A DNA stretch of 64,000 nt, taken from an uncultured Candidatus Rokubacteria bacterium (GTDB lineage: Bacteria > Methylomirabilota > Methylomirabilia > Rokubacteriales > DASRDR01). Position numbers and translations under genes: made by a program. Within the stretch, counting starts at the first letter, position 1. The number at the start of each line of letters is the position of its first letter. The DNA lies in assembly GCA_963708025.1 (NCBI GenBank), contig CAVPSB010000025.1:192001-256000 (forward strand), in the 5' to 3' direction. The notes beneath the pieces were generated by a model. That model searched no databases, was not told the DNA's origin, and was given only the letters and a program-made list of their open reading frames with translations. Below, piece by piece: positions 30,833 through 41,809 of this stretch.

Positions 30833-31117
30833 ATGGCCGGAGGCCCCTTCCTGAACATCAAGGCTCCGAAGGAGCTCTTGGAACGGCTGGACGACTATCG
30901 GTTCGCTACCCGAAAGCCCTCGCGGGCGGAGGCGGCGCGCGAGCTGCTGGACCGCGCCCTGAAGAGCTTCTTCGAGGTGTCCCGGGCCGAACCGGTCCGG
31001 CCTGGAGACCCGGATCATGCGCTGGTGCGCGCGCGGCGCCGCGAGCCGACTGAGCCCCTGCCGATCCGCGAGATCGAGGCCCGTCTCGCCCGGCTCAAGA
31101 AGACCCGCGCCGGGTGA
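30833..31117 (+). CDS. RHH antitoxin
   Basis: LLERLDDYRF..SRAEAARELL; AAGGAG RBS; TGnTATGCT upstream. Confidence 0.8.
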   Translation: MAGGPFLNIKAPKELLERLDDYRFATRKPSRAEAARELLDRALKSFFEVSRAEPVRPGDPDHALVRARRREPTEPLPIREIEARLARLKKTRAG

Positions 31118-31377
31118 GACTCCGCATCCGCCGCCGGGCGAAGAAGGAGCTCCTCGATATCGACGACGACGTGACATTCTTCGCCGTGGTGCGGGCCATC
31201 CTCGACCTCGAAGCGACACCGCGGCCACGCGGATACGACCGGGTCGAGGGACGGGACGAGGCGTACCGGATCTGGGTCGGCCGTGACTGGCGGGTGCTCT
31301 ACTCGCTCGACCCCGAGCGAGACGAGGTGATCATCGAGGCCGTGCGGCGGAAGGACGAGGGAACCTACCGGCGCTGA
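31114..31377 (+). CDS. RelE/ParE family toxin
   Basis: RAKKEL; PRPRG; YRIWVG.DWRVLY; GTGA overlap. Confidence 0.88.
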   Translation: MRLRIRRRAKKELLDIDDDVTFFAVVRAILDLEATPRPRGYDRVEGRDEAYRIWVGRDWRVLYSLDPERDEVIIEAVRRKDEGTYRR

Positions 31378-31455
31378 AGGCGCTCCGACGACCCCGCAGC
31401 TGCCGCCCCGCTGTGACACTCCGGCGCCTGGCTTCCGGGGCCGGGTGCCGCTGAC

Positions 31456-31484
31456 TTGCCAGCCCTCAGGGTTGGCCCTATGAT
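31456..31484 (+). promoter_or_regulatory. Sigma70 promoter (near-leaderless)
   Basis: TTGCCA-N17-TATGAT, 8 nt before the ATG at 31493. Confidence 0.6.
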
Positions 31485-31492
31485 GCCGGGCC

Positions 31493-31622
31493 ATGGGGAG
31501 GGCCGTCCCTCCGTCTCGGCGGGACCGTCAGGTGGTCAGGGTTCTCGGGATCCTGAAGCTGCTCGCCGAGGGTTCGCGCCCGCACACTTCACAAAGCTGG
31601 CCGCCGAGTGTTCCGTCGAGGC
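31493..31622 (+). pseudogene. N-terminal HTH remnant, possibly of a WYL-type regulator
   Basis: RDRQVVRVLGILKLLAEG..., then KLAAECSV in a shifted frame. Confidence 0.45.
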
Positions 31623-31627
31623 CGGCA

Positions 31628-32455
31628 TCACGAGCTCTCGGAATCGTCCGACTCGCCGCTGCTCGACGGCGACCAGATTCGCCCTTCGAGCAGCTCGACC
31701 GGGTCGGCCACGCGCCCCAGCGCACGCAGCACGTCCGCGTGCAGCGCCATCTCGGCGGCCGAGACGGCGGCATCGAAGGCATCCTCACAGGACGCGGCGC
31801 GCTCGATCAGCGGCTCGCCGAAGCTGAACCGGCCGTGCACGCGCTCCTGATACCTGAGAAGGTAGGATTGCCGAGCTCCGGGATCGCTCTTGGTCACCGC
31901 GCCGGTCAGCAGGCGGGGAAAGATCTCGACGACGTGAGCGGCGCTGGCCTCGTCGAAGGGCCAGATCGTGAAGCCGAGCTCGCGGAGCCGCGACAGGAAC
32001 GGTATGCCACGGATCGAGCCGGTGCCCACCGCGCCTGCCCCGCCGACCTGGAACACCGACTTGGGCCGGACGGCTCCGTCGCGAACGCGGTCATCCGTCA
32101 GCCGGTATCGCTGCCCGATGGGCACCTGACACGTCCTGCCCTTGCGCCCCCAGAACGGCGGATCGCACCGTGTCAGCCACTGCTCGCCCTCGCGTGCCGT
32201 GACCTCCCACATCGCCTCCACACTGGGGCAGCGCATCTGACGCACGAACCACGCCGGGAACGAGAAGGCGAAGTCGAGTCCGACCACGAGGTCCGGGCCG
32301 CAGCGGCGGAGCTCGACGAGCTCCCGGATCACTTCCTCGCGACGGCGGCCGGCCTCCAGTCGAACGAGCCGGCCCGCGAAGGCCTCGGCCAGCCAGATCT
32401 TTCGGCGCTCCCCCTGGAGCGCGCCGGACCAGTTGACCGCGACGGTGCGGATCAT
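31628..32455 (-). CDS. DUF429-like RNase H-fold predicted nuclease
   Basis: VAVNWSG; VGLDFAFSFP; VEIFP; DAFDA. Confidence 0.75.
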   Translation of the reverse strand: MIRTVAVNWSGALQGERRKIWLAEAFAGRLVRLEAGRRREEVIRELVELRRCGPDLVVGLDFAFSFPAWFVRQMRCPSVEAMWEVTAREGEQWLTRCDPPFWGRKGRTCQVPIGQRYRLTDDRVRDGAVRPKSVFQVGGAGAVGTGSIRGIPFLSRLRELGFTIWPFDEASAAHVVEIFPRLLTGAVTKSDPGARQSYLLRYQERVHGRFSFGEPLIERAASCEDAFDAAVSAAEMALHADVLRALGRVADPVELLEGRIWSPSSSGESDDSESS

Positions 32456-32508
32456 GTCCCCCGATTATTCCTCGGACTCCGGTCTGCCGTGAAGACCGAA
32501 GCTCGGTC

Positions 32509-35500
32509 GTGACCTCCGTGGACCCCTTCGTCGCCCAGCTCCACGACCTCTGCCGGGCCGAGCCGACGCGGGCGAAGTGGGTCTTCGTGCCCGGCCACGA
32601 CCTCGGCCACACCCTGGGCGAGCGGCTCGCCCTCGAGGGGACGAGCTGGGCGAACCTCCGCTTCACGCCGCCGCTCGAGCTGGCCCTCTGGATGGCCGCG
32701 CCCTTCCTCGTCGAGGCCGGCGTCGAGCCCGCCACCGACGGGCTGGGGCCTGCCCTGGTCACCCGGCTCCTCCTCGACCTCCCGCGCGCGACCCCGGCGT
32801 ATTTCCGGCCGCTGGCCGAGCAGCCGAGGATGGCCGAGGTGCTCTGGGCCGCGATCCGCGAGCTGCGGATGGCCGGGCTCACCGTGGCCGACCTCGAGCC
32901 CGAGGCCTTCGCGAGTCCCGCCAAGCGCGCCGAGCTGCGCGCCCTCCTCGCCGCCTACGAGGGCCAGCTCGCCACCGCGCGCCTCGCCGACGCCGCCGGC
33001 GTCTACCAGGAGGCCCTCCGCCGTCTCGACGTCTGCCCCGTGCGCGCCGACGACGTGACCCTCGAGCTGCCCGGCCAGGTCTGGGCGCCGCTCGAGCGCC
33101 GCTTCCTCGACGCCCTGCCCGGGCGGCGCTTCCGCCCGCGCGCGGTCGAGCCGCCCGGGCTGGAGCGTCCCCGCCGCCTGGCCGACCTGGCCGCGCCGCG
33201 CGGAGGCCATCGCCCCGGTCGCGCGACAGGACAGCCGAGCGCCTCGCCTTCCTCGCGAGGCCCGAGGCGGCACCGCCGCCCCACGCCGACGGCACGCTGA
33301 CCATCTTCCGCGCCGGCGGCCGCGAGGCCGAGGTCGAGGAGGTCTTCCGCCGCATCCTCGCCGCCGGCGTCGCCCTCGACCGCGTCGAGATCGTCTGCGT
33401 GACGGCGGCCGACGCGGCCCTCGTCTGGGAGAAGGCGCAGCGCCACGACTGGCCGGCCACGATCGAGCCCGGCGTCCCCATCGCGCTGACCCGGCCCGCC
33501 CGCGCGCTCCTCGGCTTCTGCGCCTGGATCGAGGGCGGCTTCGCCGCCGCCGACCTCCGGCGTCTCCTCCAGTCCGGCGACGTGCGGCTCGGCTCGCCGA
33601 CGGGCCGACGCCGGGGCAGGCGGCGCGCCTCCTCGCCCGGTCGCAGGCGGCGTGGGGCCGCCAGACCTACGGGCCGGCGCTGGCCCGCCTGGCCGAGGCC
33701 CACCGGGCGCGCGCCAAGGACCCCGAGGCCGACGACGCGACCCGGGCCTACCACGCGGAGCGGGCCGAGCAGGCGGACCGCGTCGCGGAGCGGGTGGGCA
33801 CGCTCCTCGGCCTGGTGCCGGAGGGCGAGGGCGGCCTCCTCGCGATGGACGTCGCTCCTGCGCGGCTGCCAGACCTTCGTGGCCGGCTTCGCGGCGACCG
33901 CCAGCGAGCTGGACGGCGCCGCCACGGTCGTCCTCGACGAGGCGCTGGAGGAGCTGGCCGCCCTCGGCGCCCTCCGCCGCCCGCTCGGCGACGGCCTCCG
34001 CACGGTGCGGGACCGCGTCGCCGCGCTGACCGTCGGCGGCGACCGGGCGCGGCCCGGCCACCTCCACGTCGACGCTGCTCGCGCGCGCCGGCTGGGCCGG
34101 CCGGCCCCGCACCTTCGTCCTCGGGCTGGAGGAGGGCCGCGTGCTGCCCGTCGCTCGTCGAGGACCCGGTCCTCCTCGACGGCGAGCGGGCCGCCCTGAG
34201 CCCGGGCCTCGCGACCTCGCGCGACCGCGTCGGCGAGGCGCAGCACCAGGCGCTCGCGCCGCCTGGCGGTGCTCGGCGGCCACGTGACCCTGAGCTACTC
34301 GTGCCGCGACCTCCGCGAGAGCCGCGAGACCTTCCCGTCGTGGCTCGTGCTCCAGGCGTACCGGCTGGAGCAGCCGGGCCGCGCGACGAGCTACCGCGAC
34401 CTGGACGAGCGGCTCGGCGAGCCGGTCTCGGCGGTGCCGGCCGCCCCGGGGCAGGCGCTCGGCGACGCCGGCTGGTGGCTGGCGAGCCGTGCGCGGCGCG
34501 TGGGGCCGGCGCCAGGCCGCCGTCCACGCGGCGTTCCCCGCGCTCGCGCGGGGCGCGGCGGCGGAGGCCGCCCGCGACGAGCGACGCCTTCACCGAGTGG
34601 GACGGCTGCGTGCCCGAGGCGGGCCCCGTCCTCGACCCGGGCGCCGAGGGCCAGGTCGTCTCGGCCACCGCGCTCGAGCGGCTGGCCGGCTGTCCCTTCC
34701 GCCACTTCCTGGAGCGCGGGCTCGGCGTGCGGCCGGTCGGAGGACGCCGAGCCGAGCCTCGACGCCTGGCTCGACCCGCTGACGCGCGGCCCGGTCCTCC
34801 ACGGGCTCTACGCCCGCTTCCTGCGCGAGCTGCGGGACGCCGGCGAGCGGCGCGGATCCGCGGCGCCACGGCGCGCGGCTCCGCCAGCTCGGCGAGGAAG
34901 CCTCGCGGAGCTCCAGCGCTCGATGCCGCCACCGTCCCAGCACGTCTTCGACGGCGAGACCCGCGGAGTTCCTCCGCGATCTCGACGCTGTTCCTCGATC
35001 GAGGAAGCCGAGGCGACCGGGCGGACGCCCGTCGGCTTCGAGGTGGCCTTCGGCAGCGGAGGCGGCCGAGGGCGAGCCGCTCGCGCGCGCCGAGCCCGTG
35101 CGCCTCGACCTCGGCCCCGGCCTCCGCTTCCGGCTCCGCGGCCGGATCGACCGGATCGACCGGCTCGCCGACGGCCGCTACGAGGTGGTGGACTACAAGA
35201 CCGGCGGCTACTGGCCGCCGGACTGGGCGGGGACCTTCGCGCGGCGGCCAGCGTGCTCCAGCACGCGCTCTACGCGCTCGCGGCGCGCGAGCTGCTGCGC
35301 GCCCGCGAGCCGGGCGCCGAGCGTGAGCGGCGGCGGCTACTACTTCCCGACCGTGCGGGGCGGCGGCGAGCGTGTCGTCCGGCCCGTCGGCCGGGACGGC
35401 GCCGCTGGCCGCCGTGCTGCGCGACCTCTTCGAGCTGGTCCGGACCGGCGCCTTCGTCCACACGGCCGACGCGCGGACGACTGCCGCTTCTGCGAGCGTC

Positions 35501-35598
35501 GGCCGCGCCTGCGGGCCCGACCCGGCGGCCCGCGCCGAGCGGAAGCTCGCGCGCCCCGCGCGCTCGCGGCGTACCGCCGCCTGGTCGCCCATGCCTGA
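32509..35598 (+). CDS. AddB-like protein with a PD-(D/E)XK nuclease and Fe-S staple (heavily frameshifted)
   Basis: SATALE..CPF; RGRIDRID..VVDYKTG; C..C.....C C-terminus. Confidence 0.82.
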
Positions 35599-38500
35599 GC
35601 CGCGCGCGCTCCCCGACCAGGCCGCCCGCGAGCTGATCGAGCGCGAGCTCGACGTGAACCTCCTGGTCGAGGCCGGCGCCGGCTCCGGCAAGACCGAGCA
35701 CCTCGCCCGGCGCATGGCGGCCGGCATCGCGGCGGGCGCCTACGAGGTCGAGGACATGGCCGCCGTCACCTTCACGCGCAAGGCGGCGGCCGAGCTGCGC
35801 GCCGCGGTTCCAGCTCGACCTCGAGCGGCGCCTCGCGCGAGCGAGCCCGAGCCGGCCGCCCGGGAGCGGCTCGAAGCCGCGCTCTGCCCGCCTCGAGCGC
35901 CTGTTCGCCGGCACGATCCACGCCTTCTGCGCGCACCTCCTGCGCGAGCGGCCGGTCGAGGCCGGCGTCGCCCCCGGCTTCACGGAGCTGGACGACGTGG
36001 AGGACGACTGCTCCGGCGGCGCGCGGCCTGGCGCGACGTACTGCGAGCGCGAGCGCGCCCGCGGGTCGGCGCGCTTCGCGGCGCTCGCGGAGGCCGGCCT
36101 CGCGCCGAAGGACCTCGACGGCGCCTTCGAGCACGGTCTGCCGCTTCCCCGAGGTCGCGTTCCCGCCGGGCGCGCGCGCGCATGCCGGCCCTCGGCCCGC
36201 GCGCCGGCGCGGCCTCGAGCGCTTCTGGCGCGCGCTCCGAGCCGCTCCTGCCCGACGCCGATCCCCGCCGGCAGCCACCTGCACGCATCCAGGAGCGCGC
36301 CCGCGAGCTGCGCGCGCCGGCTGCGCGTCGCCGACTCTCGAGCGGCCGGCCGAGCTGGCGGACGCTCCTCGCCCGCTGGGCATCGCCGAGCCTCGGCCGA
36401 TCCTCGAAGTGGTGGGGCGCGACGACCGAGCGACGGCGGCCTGACGCGCGTCGAGGCGCTCGTCGGCCGAGTTCTGCCGGGAGACGGCGGCGCCGTTCGT
36501 CGCCGCCTGGCGGCAGTACTGCTACCGGCTGGCCGTCGGCTTCCTGGCGACGCGCGGCCGCGAGGCCGCCGAGGCGCGCGCCGCCGGGCCGTCGCCCTCA
36601 ACTACGAGGACCTCCTCCAGATCGCCGCGCGGCTCCTCCGCGAGCGGGCCGACGTGCGCGCGGCGCTCCAGGCGAAGTACCGCTGGCTCTTCGTGGACGA
36701 GTTCCAGGACACCGACCCGATCCAGGCCGAGGTGATCTGCCTGCTCGCGCGCCGCGCCGGACCGGCGGCGCCGGCTCGACTGGACGCGCGTCGCCGCTCC
36801 GGCCCGGCGCCCTCTTCGTCGTCGGCGACCCGAAGCAGTCGATCTACCGCTTCCGCCGCGCCGACATCGAGACCTACGACCGCGTGCGGGCGCGCATCGA
36901 GGCGACGGGCGGCGCGGATCGTCGCCGCTGACGACCTCGTTCCGATCGCGTGCCCGGTCCTCTGCGAGTGGGCCAACACCGTGTTCCCGCGCTTCTTCCC
37001 GCGGCGCGCGACGCCGCAGCAGCCGGCGTTCGACCGCCTCGACCCGGTGCGCGAGCCCGGCGACCTCGCGGCGCACGGGCGTGCGCCAGCTCGTCGTCCC
37101 CGGCGTCGGTCCGAGCGCGCGGAGGTCGCCGGCGCGCGACGCCGACGCGATCGCCCGGTTCATCCGCGCCGAGGTCGACGCCGGGCGGCGGCGCTGGGGC
37201 GACTTCCTCGTCCTGACCATGCGCAAGGCGGCGCTCGCCCCGTACGCGAGCGCCCTCGACGCGCTCGAGATCCCGGTCGAGGTGAGCGGCGCCGCCGGCT
37301 TCGCGGAGTCCGGCGGCGGTCGGGGTGCTCGCCGCGCCTCCTCGGCGCGCTCAGCGATCCCGGCCGACGGCCCGGCGCTCGTCGGCGTGCTCCGCGGCCC
37401 GCTCTTCGGGCTGAGCGACGCGCGAGCTCTTCCGCCACGTCCGGCGCCGGCTGGCCGCTCCGCCGTGACCGTCGCCGCTGCCCGAGGACGCGAGCGGGCC
37501 CCGTCGCCGACGCCCTCCGCCGCTCCGCGAGATGTACCGCTGGACGCGCCGCCTGCCCGGCGCCGGCCGCCGTCGAGCGGATCCTCGAGGCGACCGGCTG
37601 GCTCGCCGCCGGCGCCGCGGCCGGCGAGCCCGGCCGGCGCCGAGGCCGGGCACCTGCTCCACGCCGTCGACCGCGTGCGGCGGATCGCGGAGGCCGGCGG
37701 CACCCTCGCCGACGCCGCGAGGCGCTCGAGGAGGACCTCGAGTCAGCGAGGTCGAGTCCGTGCCGCTCGAGTCCGGCCGCCGCGACGTCGTCCGCCTGAT
37801 GAACCTCCACAAGGCCAAGGGCCTCGAAGGCCGCGTCGTCTTCCTCGCCGATCCCCTCGCGGCGCTGCTCCGACCGGGTGGACGTCCGGATCGTCCGCGA
37901 CGACGACGGGCGCCCGCGGCTACTTCCGGTCGTGGGACCCGCGGGTCGTGGGCTCGCGCCGAGTGCTCGCCGAGCCGCCCGACTGGGCCGAGCACGACGC
38001 CGACCGAGCTCGAGCTATCTCCAGGCCGAGCGCCACCGGCTCCTCTACGTCGCGGCGACCCGCGCCCGCGATCTCCTGGTGGTCAGCCGCTGGGCCGGCG
38101 ACGACGAGGGTCGCGCCCGTGGGAGGCCGTTCAAGCTCGCCCTCGACGACGCGCCGGTCCTGCAGATTCCCGCGACGTCGAGCTCCCGGCCGCCTCCCGC
38201 TGCCCGCATCGCGCTCGACGCCCGCGCGACCGCGCGACGGCCGACGCGCGAGGCCCGGCTCGCCGCGCTCCGCGCGCCGTCCTGGCGCGTCGAGTCCGTC
38301 ACCGCCACGGCCCACCGCGCCGCGCCCGCCGGCGAGCCCCTCCAGGCCGGCCGGACGCGCGAGCCCGACACCGGCATGGCCTGGGGCCGCCTGGTCCACG
38401 CCCTGCTCGAGCACGCCGGCCGCGGCCCCCGCCGCGACCGCGCCCACCTCGAGCGCGTCGCCCGCTGGCTGACGGTGGACGACGCCGAGCTCCGCCGCGT

Positions 38501-38850
38501 CGTCCCCGACGCCCTCGACACGGTCGAGCGCGTCATGGCCTCCGACCTCTGGCAGCGCGCCCTCGCGGCCGAGGAGCTGCGACGCCGAGGTCCCGTTCGC
38601 CGTCCGGCTCGACTGGCGACGACGGCCCGCCGCGATCCTCCACGGCGTCATCGACCTCGCCTTCCGCGACCCCGCCGGCTGGTAGCTCGTCGACTACAAG
38701 ACCGACCAGGCCGACCTCGCCACCCTCACCACCCAGTACGCCGACCAGATCCGCCAGTACGCGACCCACTGGTCCACCCTCACCGGTCAGCCCGTCACGT
38801 ACGCTGGCCTCTATGCTCTCCGCGCAGACGAGCTGTCACGGGACCTGTAG
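35591..38850 (+). CDS. AddA-like UvrD helicase-nuclease (heavily frameshifted; TAG before LVDYK)
   Basis: [50 protein letters not shown]. Confidence 0.88.
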
Positions 38851-38974
38851 GGTATCCAGGCCCGGGCTGGCTGCGGGAACAATACGATGCCGGGCATGAC
38901 CCGCTTCACGTCCCCTCTGGCATGCGATGCTCTGTTCGACGGCTGGGTGGAACTGTTGGATCGCCTGGCGTGGA

Positions 38975-39838
38975 TCAGGCGACGCCGAGAGCCGTTGCCA
39001 CGGTTGGCCGGTCGAGGTCGACGAACTCCTTGACGCGCAGCCAGAGCCTTGCCTCATCGGGCAACCGGAGGTAGATCCCGCGACCGACGTTAAGCGTCCG
39101 ATCTTTGTGTTGCTCCCAGCCGCTATGCGCGGCGAGCTCGCGTAGCTGAGCTGCCTCGGAGGCTGCGGATGAGAACCGCGCCGACCACCGGACGACGTGC
39201 GTGCCCGCCGCTAGCGAACTGCCCTTGTAGCCATTGCAGGTATTGTCTGCGATAACGAGATTGTCAATCCCGCTGTCGGGGTAGCGGGCCCAGGGGATGA
39301 AATGGTTGACTTGGCCCTTCGCCGGATCGACGACCGACCCCTGGCAATAGAAGCACCGCTTACCCTGGATCTCCCACAGCCCACCACGTATCTTGACGGT
39401 CGCCACCCGATCTGTACCGAACAGAAAATCCTCAAGTTCGGAGTCCGGCAGTTTGTTCCACTGGGCAACGAGCCTTGCCCACCGGCGATGGATCAAGGGC
39501 CGCAGCAACCCGTTGAGCTGGAGGAAGTACTCGCCGACGCGTGGCTTAAGGAAGATCCGGTTGTCAAAATCGCTCGGGTCCTTGCTGGCCTTATAGTAGT
39601 CAACTTCCTTCTTGAGAATCCTCTGCCCCCACCGGATATCGTAGATAAACTCATACGGCATGGTGCCCATGGTTTGTAGCCGTGGCAGCGGCATCTCGAT
39701 AAGCTTCCACTCCACAAACTGAACCAGCCGCTCGAACGGCTTTGGGGCGGCAATGCGGGCCTGCCATCGAGTGGCCGAAGGGTCCGGGGCGTGTCGCGAT
39801 CTGAATCGCGTGATCGCCGAAACGATCTCGGCCTGGCC
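38975..39838 (-). pseudogene. HNH endonuclease, 3' part
   Basis: CFYC; VNHFIPW; NLV...CNGYK; lower GC. Confidence 0.8.
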
Positions 39839-40312
39839 GCGACGGCCGCCGAACAGCGGTGCTGGAACCACCGCCTCCTGAACCTGCTCGACAAGTTGCC
39901 GCGGCGACTCCAGGCCGAGGCGAAGAGCTGCTCACGAAGATTCCCTATGCCGAGACCCGCGAGGCGGCGGAGCGGCAGAAGCGGGCCTTCCAGACGTGGG
40001 CGACGAAGCGCGGCGTGGCGGCCGTCGGCCACGCGCTGGATCAGGACTGGGCGCGCTTGGTGACGTTCTACCAGTTCCCGAAGGCGCACTGGAAGCACCT
40101 GCGGACGACGAACCCGATCGAGTCGCCGTTCGCCGCCGTCCGGCTGCGGACGACCGCGGCCAAGCGATTCAAGCGCGTCGAGAACGCGACGGCGGTCATC
40201 TGGAAGACCCTGCTATCGCCGAGCAGACCTTCCGGCGCCTCGATGCGCCGAGCTGCTCGCGGAGTTGCGGAAGGCGTGACGTACGTCAACGTGCGCGTAA
40301 GCCGACCACCTA
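39839..40312 (+). mobile_element. IS256-family transposase internal fragment
   Basis: QRCWNH; HWKHLRTTNPIESPFAAVRLRT; no IS ends visible. Confidence 0.85.
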
Positions 40313-40585
40313 CCCCGTATTCTGCCGAAGAATCCTGCGGCTTACATCTTGTGCAAATGGCACGGTGTGAGGCCAGTAGATCTCGACCGTCTTCTCTGCG
40401 AGCTGGCGTGTCGTCAAGACCGCGGGTGGGTCGCCAGACGCTTCGGTGTGCTCAAGACAAAGATCCATTAGAGCCAGAAGGACCGCGTACTTGTATGTTG
40501 CGGTGTAGCGACCCTCCTCTAGGAGTTCAAGGACCCGTTCGGCGAAGCTGATGGGGCCCCGTTCGTCGGGCTCGCGTCCCTCCAT
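40313..40585 (-). pseudogene. HNH endonuclease, 5' part
   Basis: TATYKYAVLLAL..EIYW..LRQNTG, continuing as GQAEIV at 39838. Confidence 0.78.
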
Positions 40586-40692
40586 CTCCGCGCGGCCGGT
40601 ACCTTGCCTGGCTCGGCGATCAACAAACGGATGCTGCTTGGGGGAGGAGCCTGAGCCTCCCATCCGACGTGCGTTCGATCGGGCCGCCACAC

Positions 40693-41312
40693 CTATCCTT
40701 TGAATACGGTGTCCGCGTGCCACTCGAGAAAGTCGCGGTTCGGACGGTCCTCGGCATGTGGCGGCACCCAGATCAAGCCTTGGCTGAGCCGGTAGTACTG
40801 CTCTCCATTGTCGAAGTCGTTTCTTAGCCGGCGGCTGACGAGGAATCTATGCTCCGGGGTCACCGTGACGTAGCCGCGGTCGAACAGTGTGTGGACGTCG
40901 GATCGGAGCAGCAACCCGTTGTCGATGCGATGTCCCCCGCCGTATGTCACTGGCGGATATGTGCCGCCTCGAGCACAGGAAGCGCCCTCTCACCGGTGAC
41001 GGCACACCGGCGCTGGTAGGTGTCGGCTACAAGCACCCGGAAGATTCCCTGGCCGAGTCGCTGAGCCACGAGGCTCTCGCGGAAGCTCACGGCTACCAAC
41101 GGCTCAAGCTCGCTGGCGAGCCTGCCGCTTGCACGTAGGCAAGCCAGGACGTCCTCCCAGAGACGTTGCCCGACGGGAGTCCGGAGGTCGTAGGTCTTTC
41201 CCTGTTGCGTCGGTTTCCGGAAGTCGGGCGGGACAGGAATCCAGTCTTGTCGCGCGAGGAAGAACGGCTCTTGCAGGAGGACGCAGCCGATCGTGTACTC
41301 GGCCCGTGAGTC
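40693..41312 (-). pseudogene. Putative restriction-type HNH endonuclease, 5'-truncated and frameshifted
   Basis: IGCVLLQEPFF; RLGQGIFR..YQRRCAVTG..LEAAHI; NGLLLRSDVHTLFD. Confidence 0.8.
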
Positions 41313-41809
41313 TGTTTCAGGAATGTTACCTGAACACTCCTCTTGGATCGACAGGAATGGGTTGCGGATAGGTCGGTTCAGGAGAGGGCCGCGTTGGACG
41401 CCAAGTCACCCGACAGGAGCGGACGGTCTGCGAGCTCCGGAGGCAGGCGGCTGACTCCCTACCTACTACTGACACGGCTCAGGGGCGCGCGGCCTGGTTT
41501 TCGGCGTCCGCACGTGCTCCTGGAAGCCCGGCTGGGTGGCCGGCGAGGCCGGCGCCGCGCTAGCGGGCACGGGCTGGCGGGCGCCTCGCCGCCCGCACTT
41601 TCTACTTGACAGCCTCGCCGGCATGGAACGGCCGTCTGTCGGCGACGCCCGGCGGATGCCGGCCCAGCGGCCCGCCGGGGGCTGGCGACGCGCGTCCGGG
41701 CGGGAGCGGACCGAAAATCATCCCTCGTCCCGGAATCGCCCGTCCTGGACGCTCCCAGGTGGCCCCGAAAACCGGGTGTAGAGTCGCCCCAGCAGAAGGG
41801 GGGCTCGCC

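Noticed and set aside
38682-38684. TAG in the AddA nuclease domain as stop-codon recoding
   Set aside because: Single instance in an error-rich region; TAG is a normal stop elsewhere in the window
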